Below, piece by piece: positions 28,179 through 37,819 of a stretch of DNA of 64,000 nt. The position numbers were made by a program, and so were the translations under genes. Each line of letters opens with the position of its first letter. Position 1 is the stretch's first letter. Under the pieces are notes generated by a model. The model saw only the letters and a list, made by a program, of their open reading frames with translations, did not search any database and was not told where the DNA came from. Origin of the DNA: a virus; the IMG/VR virus record IMGVR_UViG_3300029893_000003, positions 9,110 to 73,109 of that record; one strand, 5' to 3'.

Positions 28179-28386
28179 TCTGATCCTCTGGTAGATAGTG
28201 ATACACCTGGTTATTTTTAGCTACTAAAGCAAACGTCTTTGCCACGACCGGATCTTCATAGGCCATTTCATCAAACACATCTGCCAAAGTAGCAGACCAT
28301 GACTCAATTGATTTTCCTACCCAACGAATCTGAAGAAACAGTCCAAACTGAAAAACCAGCATAGCAATCAACAAGCCTAGTTCCAT
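28159..28386 (-). CDS. Small membrane protein
   Basis: Likely start MELGLL with GGAG RBS. Confidence 0.55.
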   Translation of the reverse strand: MELGLLIAMLVFQFGLFLQIRWVGKSIESWSATLADVFDEMAYEDPVVAKTFALVAKNNQVYHYLPEDQNDCYYG

Positions 28387-28485
28387 TGCTGTCTCCTGTC
28401 TCTGCAAGGAAGGAGAGGTTCGCCAAACGCACAAGCCATAAGGAGAACGGAAAAGGAAAGCGAACCTCTCACAAACACCAGTATA

Positions 28486-28776
28486 TCACGGAATGAAATG
28501 TCTGTCAATACCAAACAACAAACCTAGATTTCCATTATACCACACTACCATAGCATCTGTTTCTTGCAAAAAGAAAGCCAGCCCCTCTAACGATTCAATC
28601 TCTACAAACCAGCCTTCCCTTTCAGAATCATATTCTTCTACATCAAACCTCAAATCATCCAGCAGTTTGTAGTTATATCGTTTGGTTTGGTATACGTCCT
28701 TATAGGCCGGGGGAGCAGTACGCCGCTGGCTAGGATAGGGATAATCAATAGATCCTTCCAGAATAATAAATCTCAT
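28486..28776 (-). CDS. Hypothetical protein
   Basis: Coupled ORF. Confidence 0.6.
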   Translation of the reverse strand: MRFIILEGSIDYPYPSQRRTAPPAYKDVYQTKRYNYKLLDDLRFDVEEYDSEREGWFVEIESLEGLAFFLQETDAMVVWYNGNLGLLFGIDRHFIP

Positions 28777-29120
28777 TCAAGTCTCCTAATCTCGTCGTCA
28801 GGACAAACCATTGAAAAGAAACGTTCTTCCACCACCAAAAACTCACCGTAATTCAGTTTACGCCGATCTCCGTTAATCCAAACTTTTGAATTACTTATCG
28901 AATAAGGAAACCCAAGAATTGTTCCATCCGTTTGAGTAGTCTGTCCATAAAGATGCAACGACCAACATTCCGACGCTAAGTCATTGTATGTGGCAGAGTT
29001 CATCACCACCACAATACCAGGATTCTCTACCAGCTTTCCCTGGCTTTCTATAAAGCGGGGAACGGCATGTCGGTTGAGATAGGTTTCTATACTACTCAAA
29101 AAATCACTATAAAGACTCAT
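28773..29120 (-). CDS. Hypothetical protein
   Basis: Coupled ORF. Confidence 0.6.
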   Translation of the reverse strand: MSLYSDFLSSIETYLNRHAVPRFIESQGKLVENPGIVVVMNSATYNDLASECWSLHLYGQTTQTDGTILGFPYSISNSKVWINGDRRKLNYGEFLVVEERFFSMVCPDDEIRRLE

Positions 29121-29614
29121 ATTCCCAACACCTTCCCTAAAGACCCGCCCAAAACCTTTTGTAAAAGCGTATCTCTAGCGTCTGTGTATTGTTCTATTTC
29201 TTTCGTCTCTGCCGGAGATCGATCAACAGAAAAATCAAGATCAGAGATTTTAACGACAACTGCATGAGGGTTTTTTGATACCTGCTCAATATATTCAAAA
29301 TAAGATTGGTTAGGCTTTCTTGTTAGTGCAACTACCGCATCCACCACATCATCAGGGAACTCCTTACGCAACCGCTCTTCTGTAATGTCCGTTCTTTCTA
29401 AAATACCATGAAGCACCGCAATCGTAGACAGCTTTTCATTGTTCTTGATTGCTAGATTATTCATCACATCTATAGCATGAAGAATAAAGGGCCTTCCCCT
29501 CTCATCTTCATCACAATGATAAATAGCAGCGAACATAATGGCCCTAGCCAGCATCCGTTTTTCTCTCCACATAATATCTCCATTATACTTGTATCTGCCC
29601 ACAAAGTCAAGCAA
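29117..29614 (-). CDS. RelA/SpoT-type HD domain protein ((p)ppGpp hydrolase-like), HD motif degenerate
   Basis: ARAIMFAAIYH...GRPFILH...AVLHGILERT...VVALTRK...VVKISDL. Confidence 0.7.
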   Translation of the reverse strand: MLDFVGRYKYNGDIMWREKRMLARAIMFAAIYHCDEDERGRPFILHAIDVMNNLAIKNNEKLSTIAVLHGILERTDITEERLRKEFPDDVVDAVVALTRKPNQSYFEYIEQVSKNPHAVVVKISDLDFSVDRSPAETKEIEQYTDARDTLLQKVLGGSLGKVLGI

Positions 29615-29873
29615 TGTGGGATAACTTTGGCAAATGTGGGATAATGTGGGATTCCCCTAACAAAGACAAATAATGAGTCACTTACAGACTCTTTTACTTT
29701 AGATCATACACAGACTCTAAATACAGACTCTATAATAATAAATACTAGAATCTTTATATTATAAGTATTTATAAAGAGTCTTTTAGAGTCTTTAAGATTC
29801 AAAATTTTAGGGTTTTTCAAAATCCCACTTTCCCACTTCAGTATACCAAACTATCCCACATTTTACAAGACTC

Positions 29874-29902
29874 TTGACAAAAATTTACGTTTGTGTTATT
29901 CT
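29874..29902 (+). promoter_or_regulatory. Sigma70 promoter
   Basis: TTGACA-17-TATTCT with extended -10 TG. Confidence 0.7.
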
Positions 29903-29923
29903 GTATCTGAGGAGAAAAAAAAA

Positions 29924-30379
29924 ATGAAACGACACTGGATGTATTTTAAGTATGTTCTGAAACATAAGTGGTTTGTGTTTTTGGCAGGCAGGAAACTGAA
30001 CGTTCCTTTGTGGTGCTTGTTGTTACATGATTGGGATAAGTTTACTCCTGGTATGTGGATACCTTATGCCAGAACTTTTCGCAAACCCAATGGAGAAGGA
30101 CAATACGAACCTTCAGAGGAGTTTTATGCTGCGTGGAATGGGCATGAAAAGCGGAACAAACATCATTGGCAGTATTGGGTTTTGCTAAAAGATTCAGGGG
30201 AACTAGTGCCTCTTCCTATACCTGATAAGCACAGACGAGAGATGCTTGCTGATTGGATTGGGGCAGGCATGGCACTTGGAAAACCAGACACAAAACAGTG
30301 GTATCTTGATAATCACAGCAAAATGCACATTCACAAAGATACTAGGATGTGGATAGAAAAGCAACTTTCAATTATTTGA
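29924..30379 (+). CDS. HD-superfamily protein (DUF5662-like)
   Basis: KHKWFV...LLHDWDKF...HEKRNKHHWQYW...EMLADW. Confidence 0.7.
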   Translation: MKRHWMYFKYVLKHKWFVFLAGRKLNVPLWCLLLHDWDKFTPGMWIPYARTFRKPNGEGQYEPSEEFYAAWNGHEKRNKHHWQYWVLLKDSGELVPLPIPDKHRREMLADWIGAGMALGKPDTKQWYLDNHSKMHIHKDTRMWIEKQLSII

Positions 30380-30452
30380 GTAGATTATTATAAGGCATTG
30401 TACAATGGAGAAATACCACAGCCAACTATGACAAAAAGACTACTATAAACTT

Positions 30453-30833
30453 ATGGCAGAAGCGAATGGTTGGCCTATAGAGGAGGAAAAGATGGAAGAA
30501 GAACGTCTTACTTCTAAAGAAATTATCGATCTATCTAAATTGGTAGGCAAGGAACTAGGAAGCCGTTTTTCTGGTACTCTAGAGTATGTTTTTCAGAACG
30601 ATAAAATCAATATACGGGCAAGTGGTGGACTAGGGCCTTTTAGTCGCGTCCACATTGAATACTTGTATCGGGGAGAGTGGACTCCTGTATTTGATTATGA
30701 AGGACCGCTTATGCAGGTTACACGCTTTCGTTATGGTAAATGGGTAGATATTCTTGAAGAGTTAGGCGACAAAGCAGAACGCCGCATTGAGGAACGCGAG
30801 AACGAGTTCTTTGGAGATTTGGATGAAGACTAA
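30453..30833 (+). CDS. Hypothetical protein
   Basis: ORF track; operon context. Confidence 0.6.
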   Translation: MAEANGWPIEEEKMEEERLTSKEIIDLSKLVGKELGSRFSGTLEYVFQNDKINIRASGGLGPFSRVHIEYLYRGEWTPVFDYEGPLMQVTRFRYGKWVDILEELGDKAERRIEERENEFFGDLDED

Positions 30834-30957
30834 TTATGAGAATAAAAATTTTTTTAATTAAATTGTTATGGAAAATTTCTTGTTCGATTGAAAAGAAATG
30901 CTGGCATTGGGTTGTGGATCATGGGCTGGTATTAGAGTTGTTGGGTAAGGAGAAGGA

Positions 30958-31188
30958 ATGAGCGATAAAACTGTTGCAGTATCAGACGTTTTCAATCCCG
31001 ATGCGATTCTATTTGCAGCAGAAAAGGGAAGCTCAGATTGCCAACGGCTTGATGAGAATTGCGAATATCTTGGAACTTTTGATGGGTGTCGTTATTATAA
31101 AAACTCGCCAGCCAAAAGTAAGATTCCTGATCGATGGGAAATCTTTTCTAAGTGGAAAGAGAGTATTTTAAAGAACAAAGATGGCTAA
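30958..31188 (+). CDS. Hypothetical protein
   Basis: GGAG RBS. Confidence 0.55.
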   Translation: MSDKTVAVSDVFNPDAILFAAEKGSSDCQRLDENCEYLGTFDGCRYYKNSPAKSKIPDRWEIFSKWKESILKNKDG

Positions 31189-31402
31189 TCAAGCAGGAGA
31201 ACGAAGTTCTAGTACTTGGGTGTTTGTTTGTAGTGCGCCAGATGCTTATGCCGCGTTGTGGGAATTTATGGATGATAAAATTAAACGAGAACTAATCTCA
31301 AACGGCCCTATTCCCTGTGAAGGAACCTTGAAAACAGGACCGCATTGTATGGATTGCAGGTTTGGTACGGGAGAGTTGATCGATGAAGACTTTTTTGATT
31401 AG
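31181..31402 (+). CDS. Hypothetical protein
   Basis: Coupled ORF. Confidence 0.55.
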   Translation: MANQAGERSSSTWVFVCSAPDAYAALWEFMDDKIKRELISNGPIPCEGTLKTGPHCMDCRFGTGELIDEDFFD

Positions 31403-31505
31403 CTGGATTAAAAAGCGGATTCCTCTGTGGTTAGCCCTTTGGGGATATGAAAAAGTAAATCAAGAGGGATACTGGTACATCAAAGAGCAACAGCTAAGGA
31501 AACAG

Positions 31506-31859
31506 CTATAACCAGCATTTAGGTAGAAATATGAGTAAGGGCTTTCCGGCTTTGGCTGAGAGGCAGATCGTATGGTAGGTTCCTTTGGACTCACCGTCCC
31601 AAAAGGCCACTATACGATCTGCCTCATTCACTATGTCATTATTCCGTCTCATTCCTGCTGAACGCCCATACTTCTTCCAATCAGCAGGGAAAATCTTAGT
31701 TTCTAGTCCTCGCATCTTTGCTAGTTGTTCTGCCGCCCGATCTACCCCTATAGCTCCGCCGCTGATAACTACGGTTTCTTCATCCAAAGTGTCAATGAAG
31801 TTTTTAATTTTTAGTAAGTCTTTCCAATTTCTTGACCCTACTATTGCAATTTTATCCAT
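31506..31859 (-). CDS. SLOG superfamily protein (DUF2493/YspA-like)
   Basis: IAIVGSR, VISGGAIGVD, ADWKKYGRSAGMRRN, AFWDGESKGT. Confidence 0.85.
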   Translation of the reverse strand: MDKIAIVGSRNWKDLLKIKNFIDTLDEETVVISGGAIGVDRAAEQLAKMRGLETKIFPADWKKYGRSAGMRRNNDIVNEADRIVAFWDGESKGTYHTICLSAKAGKPLLIFLPKCWL

Positions 31860-32070
31860 TGTCGATCAAACTAATGAGATAATAAGTAGAGGACGCTATC
31901 ACAATAATCATTCCTAATACAGCTAGAAGATACGGAAAGAACACAATAGAGGCTGCTATTACAACAGGCACAACTACAAACCACGTAGATATTGCCCCTA
32001 GCAGCTTAACCTTATCAAACTCCCACGCATCAGCAATCCAATCTAAAAGCCGTTCTATTTTATCTAGCAT
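31852..32070 (-). CDS. Small membrane protein
   Basis: Two TM segments. Confidence 0.55.
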   Translation of the reverse strand: MLDKIERLLDWIADAWEFDKVKLLGAISTWFVVVPVVIAASIVFFPYLLAVLGMIIVIASSTYYLISLIDNG

Positions 32071-32116
32071 GTTAAATGTACTCCGTCTCTAACATATACC
32101 AGAACGCCACCAATCG

Positions 32117-32509
32117 TCACTCGATTTTCGCGTCAATGCCCCAGGCCTGCGCAATTTGCAGCAAGATTTCTGCTGCTGTGTCCCTGTGGCAGAACTTGCC
32201 CCGGCTGCAATAGCACGCCAGCGTCACGACGCCTTTGCCTTGCAGCCAATTACGTAACTCAGGCGCGTACTGCTTCCAGCGCGCCCGCAATAATTGTTTG
32301 TATGCTGCGACGTACTGTTCGTCGTCAATCGCCGCGTACTTCAGCGTCCACGACGGCGGTTGCTCGCCAGCCCTCTCCGCCGCCCAGCGCTTGTGCCCCC
32401 CGACGATTTCCCAGCTGGGCGCAAAGAAGCGCCCAATGCCTGTGCTCGATTTTACGGTCGTGTCAATTACTTCGGGTTCGCCAATTCTCCCTGTGCGTAT
32501 AATTAGCAT
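32117..32509 (-). CDS. DUF488-like protein
   Basis: FFAPSWEIV...Y..LL..R...VTLACYC....CHR; high GC relative to flanks. Confidence 0.5.
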   Translation of the reverse strand: MLIIRTGRIGEPEVIDTTVKSSTGIGRFFAPSWEIVGGHKRWAAERAGEQPPSWTLKYAAIDDEQYVAAYKQLLRARWKQYAPELRNWLQGKGVVTLACYCSRGKFCHRDTAAEILLQIAQAWGIDAKIE

Positions 32510-32980
32510 GCGCCTGCTCCTTTCGTAACCCGCGATGACACCGAGCGCGTTGCGGTGTAAAAAGAGAGTAGAAAAGCAAGCACTAGATTACGCATATCAA
32601 TAAGGAATTGTAGTCCTACATAAACCAAAGTAATAGCCATATATCCCCCATAAATAAGAAGAAATCAGAAACTATTCGAAAGATTAATCAGCATATCCCA
32701 ACTTAATTAACAAAAAAGCAAGGGCATATATAATCCCAAAAGCAGTCAAAAGCTCTAGCATAATGAGAGGAAAGCAAATAAACAAAACAATAAGACACAG
32801 AATACCGCCCACAAAGCAAGATACAAGAAGGGCCGAAAGAAAGTCGTTGTCTAACATCACACTCTCCTTTCTTACAAGTATACATTACAAGAGAAATAAA
32901 GTCAATAGACGATACAAGAGGGCCTACTAAGAAAAAGATAAGGGGTACATAAAAGAAAAGAGAGGAACGATATGGGTGGA

Positions 32981-33785
32981 TTAGTTAAGTTTAAGAGAAA
33001 AAAAAATAATTTAATGTACTTTACGTAATTTAACATATTTATGTTTGTAAAATTTTCCTACGGGGGTGAATCCTAAATCAAGCATGTTTTGATGTGTGAG
33101 ATTTACCTTACCCCGTTTACGGGTTTGGGAGATTCCATTTTTAGTATAAATCCATGTGGGTGTGGTTTTTCCTACGTAAGTCCAGCCTGAGCTTTTATAA
33201 ACTTCTCCGGTATGTCCTTGCCATGTGTCCGCATACGTAACAAGACATTTCCACCTTGTATCTAACATTTTTATAGATTTACTCAGCATAAAGGACGCAG
33301 AGTTTTTAGGGGCAGAAGGAATCAAAACCATTCGTGAAAGAGAGAGAACACGATTAGGTTCTTCATAAGTAGCCTCTGCCGCACGCCGAGTAGGGGGCAA
33401 CCACCAAGTTACTCCAAACAAAACATCAAACTCTTTATGAAACAATCCAAAACAAGCAACACACAGTTTACTAACACTTCTGGTATAGTGATGTTGAACT
33501 ATAAGAGTTCTTCCTAATGAGGGATCAATAGGACGTACTTCCCAGGACTCTTTATGTAAGGGGCCTACAGGCAACATATTTTTCTCCTTTAAAATTTCCA
33601 AGTAAATTTCTGAATATTTGGACTTTCTAGGTTCTGGTATATCTTCCTTGTTAATAATGGTAATCATTGTTTTTTTTTTCTACAGAAACGATATTTATCA
33701 ATATAGCACAGTACAATAAGAATGTCAATAATCAGGCGGTTTAAGTATGACTGAGGGTTAGTTAAGTTTAAGAGAAAAATAATTT
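32981..33785. repeat. Direct repeat TTAGTTAAGTTTAAGAGAAAAA(n)TAATTT flanking the mom-like gene
   Basis: Copies at 32981-33012 and 33758-33785. Confidence 0.8.
33011..33667 (-). CDS. Mom-like DNA adenine modification enzyme (GNAT fold)
   Basis: VQHHYT, LSLSRMVL, APKNSASFMLSKS, VTYADTWQGHTGEVYKSSGWTYVG; resembles Mu Mom family. Confidence 0.8.
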   Translation of the reverse strand: MITIINKEDIPEPRKSKYSEIYLEILKEKNMLPVGPLHKESWEVRPIDPSLGRTLIVQHHYTRSVSKLCVACFGLFHKEFDVLFGVTWWLPPTRRAAEATYEEPNRVLSLSRMVLIPSAPKNSASFMLSKSIKMLDTRWKCLVTYADTWQGHTGEVYKSSGWTYVGKTTPTWIYTKNGISQTRKRGKVNLTHQNMLDLGFTPVGKFYKHKYVKLRKVH

Positions 33786-34023
33786 CAAAAAAATTTTTTG
33801 TATAAAAATTGTCCAGCGCGCACATCACCGCCGCGAAACCGAACGCGGCTGGCGGGTTCGTTAGCTATTAGCACTAAGACTACAGTTACCATAATATGCC
33901 GTGTTCAGTTTAGAGTTAACTAAGAGTACAGACACCGTTATACTACCTCTTAAAAACCTATCCACACGTTCCCTAGAATCATAATTTTAGGAAGTGCTAA
34001 CCGGGAGATGGAATTTAGGAACA

Positions 34024-34262
34024 CCTAAAATAAAAATTAGGCAGACCAAAATAAAAATTAGGCAGACCTAAAATAAAACTTAGGATAATCTTATAACTAA
34101 TTTTGGTCTGATCCAATCAGAAGCTTTCGGCGCGCCGAATTGTCGCAAGTCTGTTTAATGCTCTATTTTCTTATTTTCTGCCATATTCCCTAACTTGATT
34201 TTTAGGTTTGCCTAATCCTCTTATTGGCTATTCCCTCATTTGATTCTTAGGTTTGCCTAATC
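34024..34262. repeat. Symmetric repeat array around a 14-bp palindrome (candidate origin or genome-end/packaging site)
   Basis: ATTAGGCAGACC at 34036 and 34057; TTCGGCGCGCCGAA at 34126-34139; inverted near-copies TAGGTTTGCCTAAT ending 34216 and 34261. Confidence 0.6.
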
Positions 34263-34593
34263 TTTAATACCTTATTATATTGCCAGTCTTTGGATAGTTC
34301 ACATGTGAACAGTATACATATACTCTATATCTCTATAAGGTTTAATTGGTTTAGATATAAACGATCTTATCGCGCTTTGGCGTTACAATCTGGCTATTAT
34401 CACGAGTCTTTATTTTCGAGAATAGGTTACGCTTTAACGCGGATAAAATCCTATTATCGATCCTGTGTTTTAACATTCGCAATTTTTGGGAATGGAGCAA
34501 ATTAGAATGTTAAAAAAGTTTGAATCTGCTAACCTTTGAGGGAAAAACGAATGTTAAAATGGTTTGAATCTGGTTAGAATATCTGTAAGATAC

Positions 34594-34623
34594 TTGAACA
34601 CCTAGCTAAATCTGTGATAGGAT
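34594..34623 (+). promoter_or_regulatory. Sigma70-like promoter driving the large ncRNA and early region
   Basis: TTGAAC-18-TAGGAT with extended -10 TG. Confidence 0.55.
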
Positions 34624-34629
34624 GTAAGC

Positions 34630-35318
34630 GCAATTGAGCAAGCGCACATTAAAAATAGCGCCGGCGCGAAAGTCTGGGGCGATGCAGGAAGCGCCAAGAG
34701 ATGAGCTTACCCTCAGGCGAGTAGCAATGACGCAATACGCATACGCAACCTTCGGGGGGCTTTCGTCTAGCCAACGAAAGCTGAGCCGTACGGGGGCTGT
34801 AGGAAACTAGTAGACTCGTCCAACCTGAGATCGCACGAGTCTAGAGTAAATCCTAATGGTTGGGGGCCGGGCGGCCCCTCGCTACTAACTGGATCCCATT
34901 AGCCTTACTCTACTAGCCAAGTGAGCAGATAGCCATATCTGTTATGTCACGCTTGGCTAGCCTAGTTTCCGGCGGCGCAAGCGATTAGAGACCTCTCTAA
35001 TACGCACGCGCACCTATAGCACGGCAAACCAAGCGCTGAAAACCTGTTAGGTCGATGAAAGCATACTACACTAGCCAATAGCAGAAGTCTAGACAAACAG
35101 CCTAGAATCGGCGGGATCGAAAGTAGCCTAATCAATGGCTAGCCTAGCCGATAGTGCATACTGGTGAAAGCGATGACAATGCTAGCTAGTGCAAGTGCCT
35201 AAACGCTGACAGTGATTAATCTAAGTGCGATGCTAAGCCTGGCTATAGTTGTTTTGCTTGTTTTCCCCAACACTCCTCGCAGATAAACCGTACCGCACGA
35301 TATTAGATGATCAATTGC
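34630..35318 (+). ncRNA. Candidate large ornate structured RNA (about 690 nt; ROOL/GOLLD-scale, class unassigned)
   Basis: No ORF of 60 aa or more; terminal helix GCAATTGA/TCAATTGC; nested helices GGAAACTAG/CTAGTTTCC, TAGACTCGT/ACGAGTCTA, CTAGCCAAG/CTTGGCTAG, ATTAGAGA/TCTCTAAT; GAAA tetraloop-like motifs; candidate pseudoknots. Confidence 0.65.
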
Positions 35319-35577
35319 TTAACTCCCGGCGGCTAGGTTATAGGCTATCCTATACCCCAGTCTAAGGGACCAAGTTAGGCATGAGAGACTCTATTATCTG
35401 GTATAGTCGACTCTGTTAGGTTATGCTAGGCCAAAGCTTAGCTGATCCGCTATAGTGGGATAGCACACTAGGATTAGTTAGGCTAGGCTAGTATCTCCCA
35501 TATCTTATAGTGCCGATAAAATAGGTTATCGGCACTTAGGCTATAGGAGACCATAACCATACAAAGGAGAAAGGGCG

Positions 35578-35817
35578 ATGAAGCTACAGAAGGTACAGAA
35601 GCTACTGACGGGCGAGTACCGGGAATTGTACGGGGGGCATGGTGTGTGGTGGGTATCCGTGAGGTGGGAAGAGGGGCGGCTCATCAGTGAGTGGTGGGCA
35701 GACGGATTACCGGCGGTGAGCAGACCGGTGACTAAGGCTGAGGGCGCGGATGATGTGGAGAGGATAATTCGGTCGGTGTGCGCAGACTTCCGCAAGGTGC
35801 GGGGTCTGGCTTGGTAG
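35578..35817 (+). CDS. Early hypothetical protein
   Basis: GGAG RBS. Confidence 0.6.
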   Translation: MKLQKVQKLLTGEYRELYGGHGVWWVSVRWEEGRLISEWWADGLPAVSRPVTKAEGADDVERIIRSVCADFRKVRGLAW

Positions 35818-35842
35818 ATAGATTAGCATACAGGAGATCAAA

Positions 35843-36100
35843 ATGGCACACTATTTGGTCGGTACGAATACCCGCGGGTATTTGCCCGTGGGCGATCCCA
35901 TCGAATGCGAGACATTGATCGAAGCTAAGCAAGCAGCACGACAGGAAGCCCTTTACTTGGCTGAAGAGACCAATAATAAGATCGAAGTTTGGTCATCTCT
36001 CAACAGTATCACCAAGCGCGATCTTGTGAACTATGGTGTACCGATTACTTACGCGGTAATCGGAGACATCGAAGTTTGGATCGCCATTGAGTCGGATTAG
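35843..36100 (+). CDS. Early hypothetical protein
   Basis: AGGAG RBS. Confidence 0.7.
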   Translation: MAHYLVGTNTRGYLPVGDPIECETLIEAKQAARQEALYLAEETNNKIEVWSSLNSITKRDLVNYGVPITYAVIGDIEVWIAIESD

Positions 36101-36178
36101 GGCAGTTAAGGCGTACAAGCGATCTTGTACGCCTTATAGTGTTCTAATCCCATAAGGGATCAAATAGGAGACTATGCT

Positions 36179-36508
36179 ATGAAACTCACGAATGAAGTAG
36201 CGGTATACGTCCCATCTACGCTTGGCGAGTCTAACGCCGATCCGGCGCTGATCTCACGTATCGTTGATCAGGCATTGACCGATCTTAGTGTCGTCAATGG
36301 CGGCGCTACTGTGACTAATGGGATCGGCGCATGGCTATCTCATGACGGTAAGCTCGTAAAGGAGTCTGTGACTATCGTTTCCAGTAATTGCGAGACGATC
36401 ACATTACAGACTCTTAGAACACTCGCAAAATTGCGAAAGACTATACGCGAATCGATGAAACAAGAAGCCGTTACTGTAAGGGTTAACGGTGTTCTCTATA
36501 TCCGATGA
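36179..36508 (+). CDS. Early hypothetical protein (DUF3574-like fold, tentative)
   Basis: GGATVTNGIGAW...LVKESVTIV...MKQEAV. Confidence 0.65.
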   Translation: MKLTNEVAVYVPSTLGESNADPALISRIVDQALTDLSVVNGGATVTNGIGAWLSHDGKLVKESVTIVSSNCETITLQTLRTLAKLRKTIRESMKQEAVTVRVNGVLYIR

Positions 36509-36584
36509 GACTAGCTAGTAGCCATAATGGGAATTATGGCTACAATGGTAGCCTTATCAATCATAGCCAATAGGAGAATCTACA

Positions 36585-36995
36585 ATGTTCCGTATGATCG
36601 ATGGATTAGATGACGTCCCAACGGGGGAGTATGCTTGGCAATATTTTAAGTATACGCCTGAATCGGCACCGATCCAATCGCAATATTGGATCGATCCATG
36701 GGGGAATGTCTACCCCGTTGATTGGCACTACGCGTCAGCACCAGAATTGATCATTCGGCACTTCGGCAAAGATAAGCTTGACTCACTTCGTGATGAAAAT
36801 GGATACTGGAAAATCACCCCGGTTGATTTTCTTGAAAATAATCGATGGCTCCACGTATCCTATATTGGCGTTTTTGGTGACTACACTCAACGAGGGTATG
36901 AGGCACTAAAAACATTGCACCAAAGGATGTCTGAAGCGAACGGTAGCGGCCGCGTACGGGATACTCTGAGGCATATTGCGGTGTATGTTACGTAA
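36585..36995 (+). CDS. Early hypothetical protein
   Basis: ATAGGAGAATCTACAATG start context. Confidence 0.7.
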   Translation: MFRMIDGLDDVPTGEYAWQYFKYTPESAPIQSQYWIDPWGNVYPVDWHYASAPELIIRHFGKDKLDSLRDENGYWKITPVDFLENNRWLHVSYIGVFGDYTQRGYEALKTLHQRMSEANGSGRVRDTLRHIAVYVT

Positions 36996-37066
36996 GTTAA
37001 GGACAGTTTCAATGCCCTACACTGTAGGGCATTGGCTAGTGTCTTTAACCTATAGGAGAATCTACA

Positions 37067-37432
37067 ATGACACGGCATGAAACGGGGGCGTACGGGGAAC
37101 AAATTGTACAGACTCTTACCGCTGGCAGGTTTGGTAAGCTAGGACGTGATTCGGATATTGTCCTGGCTAACGGCACTCAGATCGAAGTTAAGACCGCACG
37201 TAAAGGTAAAGATGGAAAATATCGGGCGCGATTGTACAAGCCCGGTAGCCAAGATCATCGAAAGTCTGATTTTGTCGTGTTTGTCCTGTTAGATGACGGG
37301 GTATACTTTTACGTGATCCCTACAGATGACATTAGAGATCGCGTGCAATTGACCATTACGAGCCATCCTAACACCTATAACGGCAAATATGCACAATACA
37401 GACAGGAGAGTCTGGCATGGTTAGCGCATTGA
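37067..37432 (+). CDS. PD-(D/E)xK nuclease-fold protein
   Basis: GAYGEQIV...SDIV...QIEVKT...DFVVFV. Confidence 0.65.
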   Translation: MTRHETGAYGEQIVQTLTAGRFGKLGRDSDIVLANGTQIEVKTARKGKDGKYRARLYKPGSQDHRKSDFVVFVLLDDGVYFYVIPTDDIRDRVQLTITSHPNTYNGKYAQYRQESLAWLAH

Positions 37433-37728
37433 TCATCAGCGTATCCCTGATCGTGGTGGTGAGTCTATTGCGGCGCATTAGACTCACTAATTATACTCTC
37501 GAACAATCTGAATCCGAACGACAACGTGCCTTAGTCCGCCTGGAAGAGTATCATCACGATCTCAAATTACTGTCATGTTTGACAGTCGAAGAGTCTGGTC
37601 AAGTGTCGTTTTTGGCACTTGTGCCAGATGATACCGCTACCATAAGGTTCAACGAATACGTGATCGACTACAAATCGCTACTGGAATTTGAACGCGGCGA
37701 TAGTGACTATATCACAGTCTATAACTAA
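37417..37728 (+). CDS. Membrane-anchored hypothetical protein
   Basis: N-terminal TM helix. Confidence 0.55.
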   Translation: MVSALIISVSLIVVVSLLRRIRLTNYTLEQSESERQRALVRLEEYHHDLKLLSCLTVEESGQVSFLALVPDDTATIRFNEYVIDYKSLLEFERGDSDYITVYN

Positions 37729-37819
37729 ATTGTAGATCAGTCTCACACACACAAGATCGCTTGTGTGTGTTGGCTGGCATACAATTTATAGGATATGCCA
37801 TAGCATAGGAGACAAAATC

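Noticed and set aside
32530-32980. Purine-rich, A-rich stretch as a coding region or ncRNA
   Set aside because: Only a dubious 60-aa ORF and no stable pairing seen; treated as low-complexity spacer near the putative terminus.
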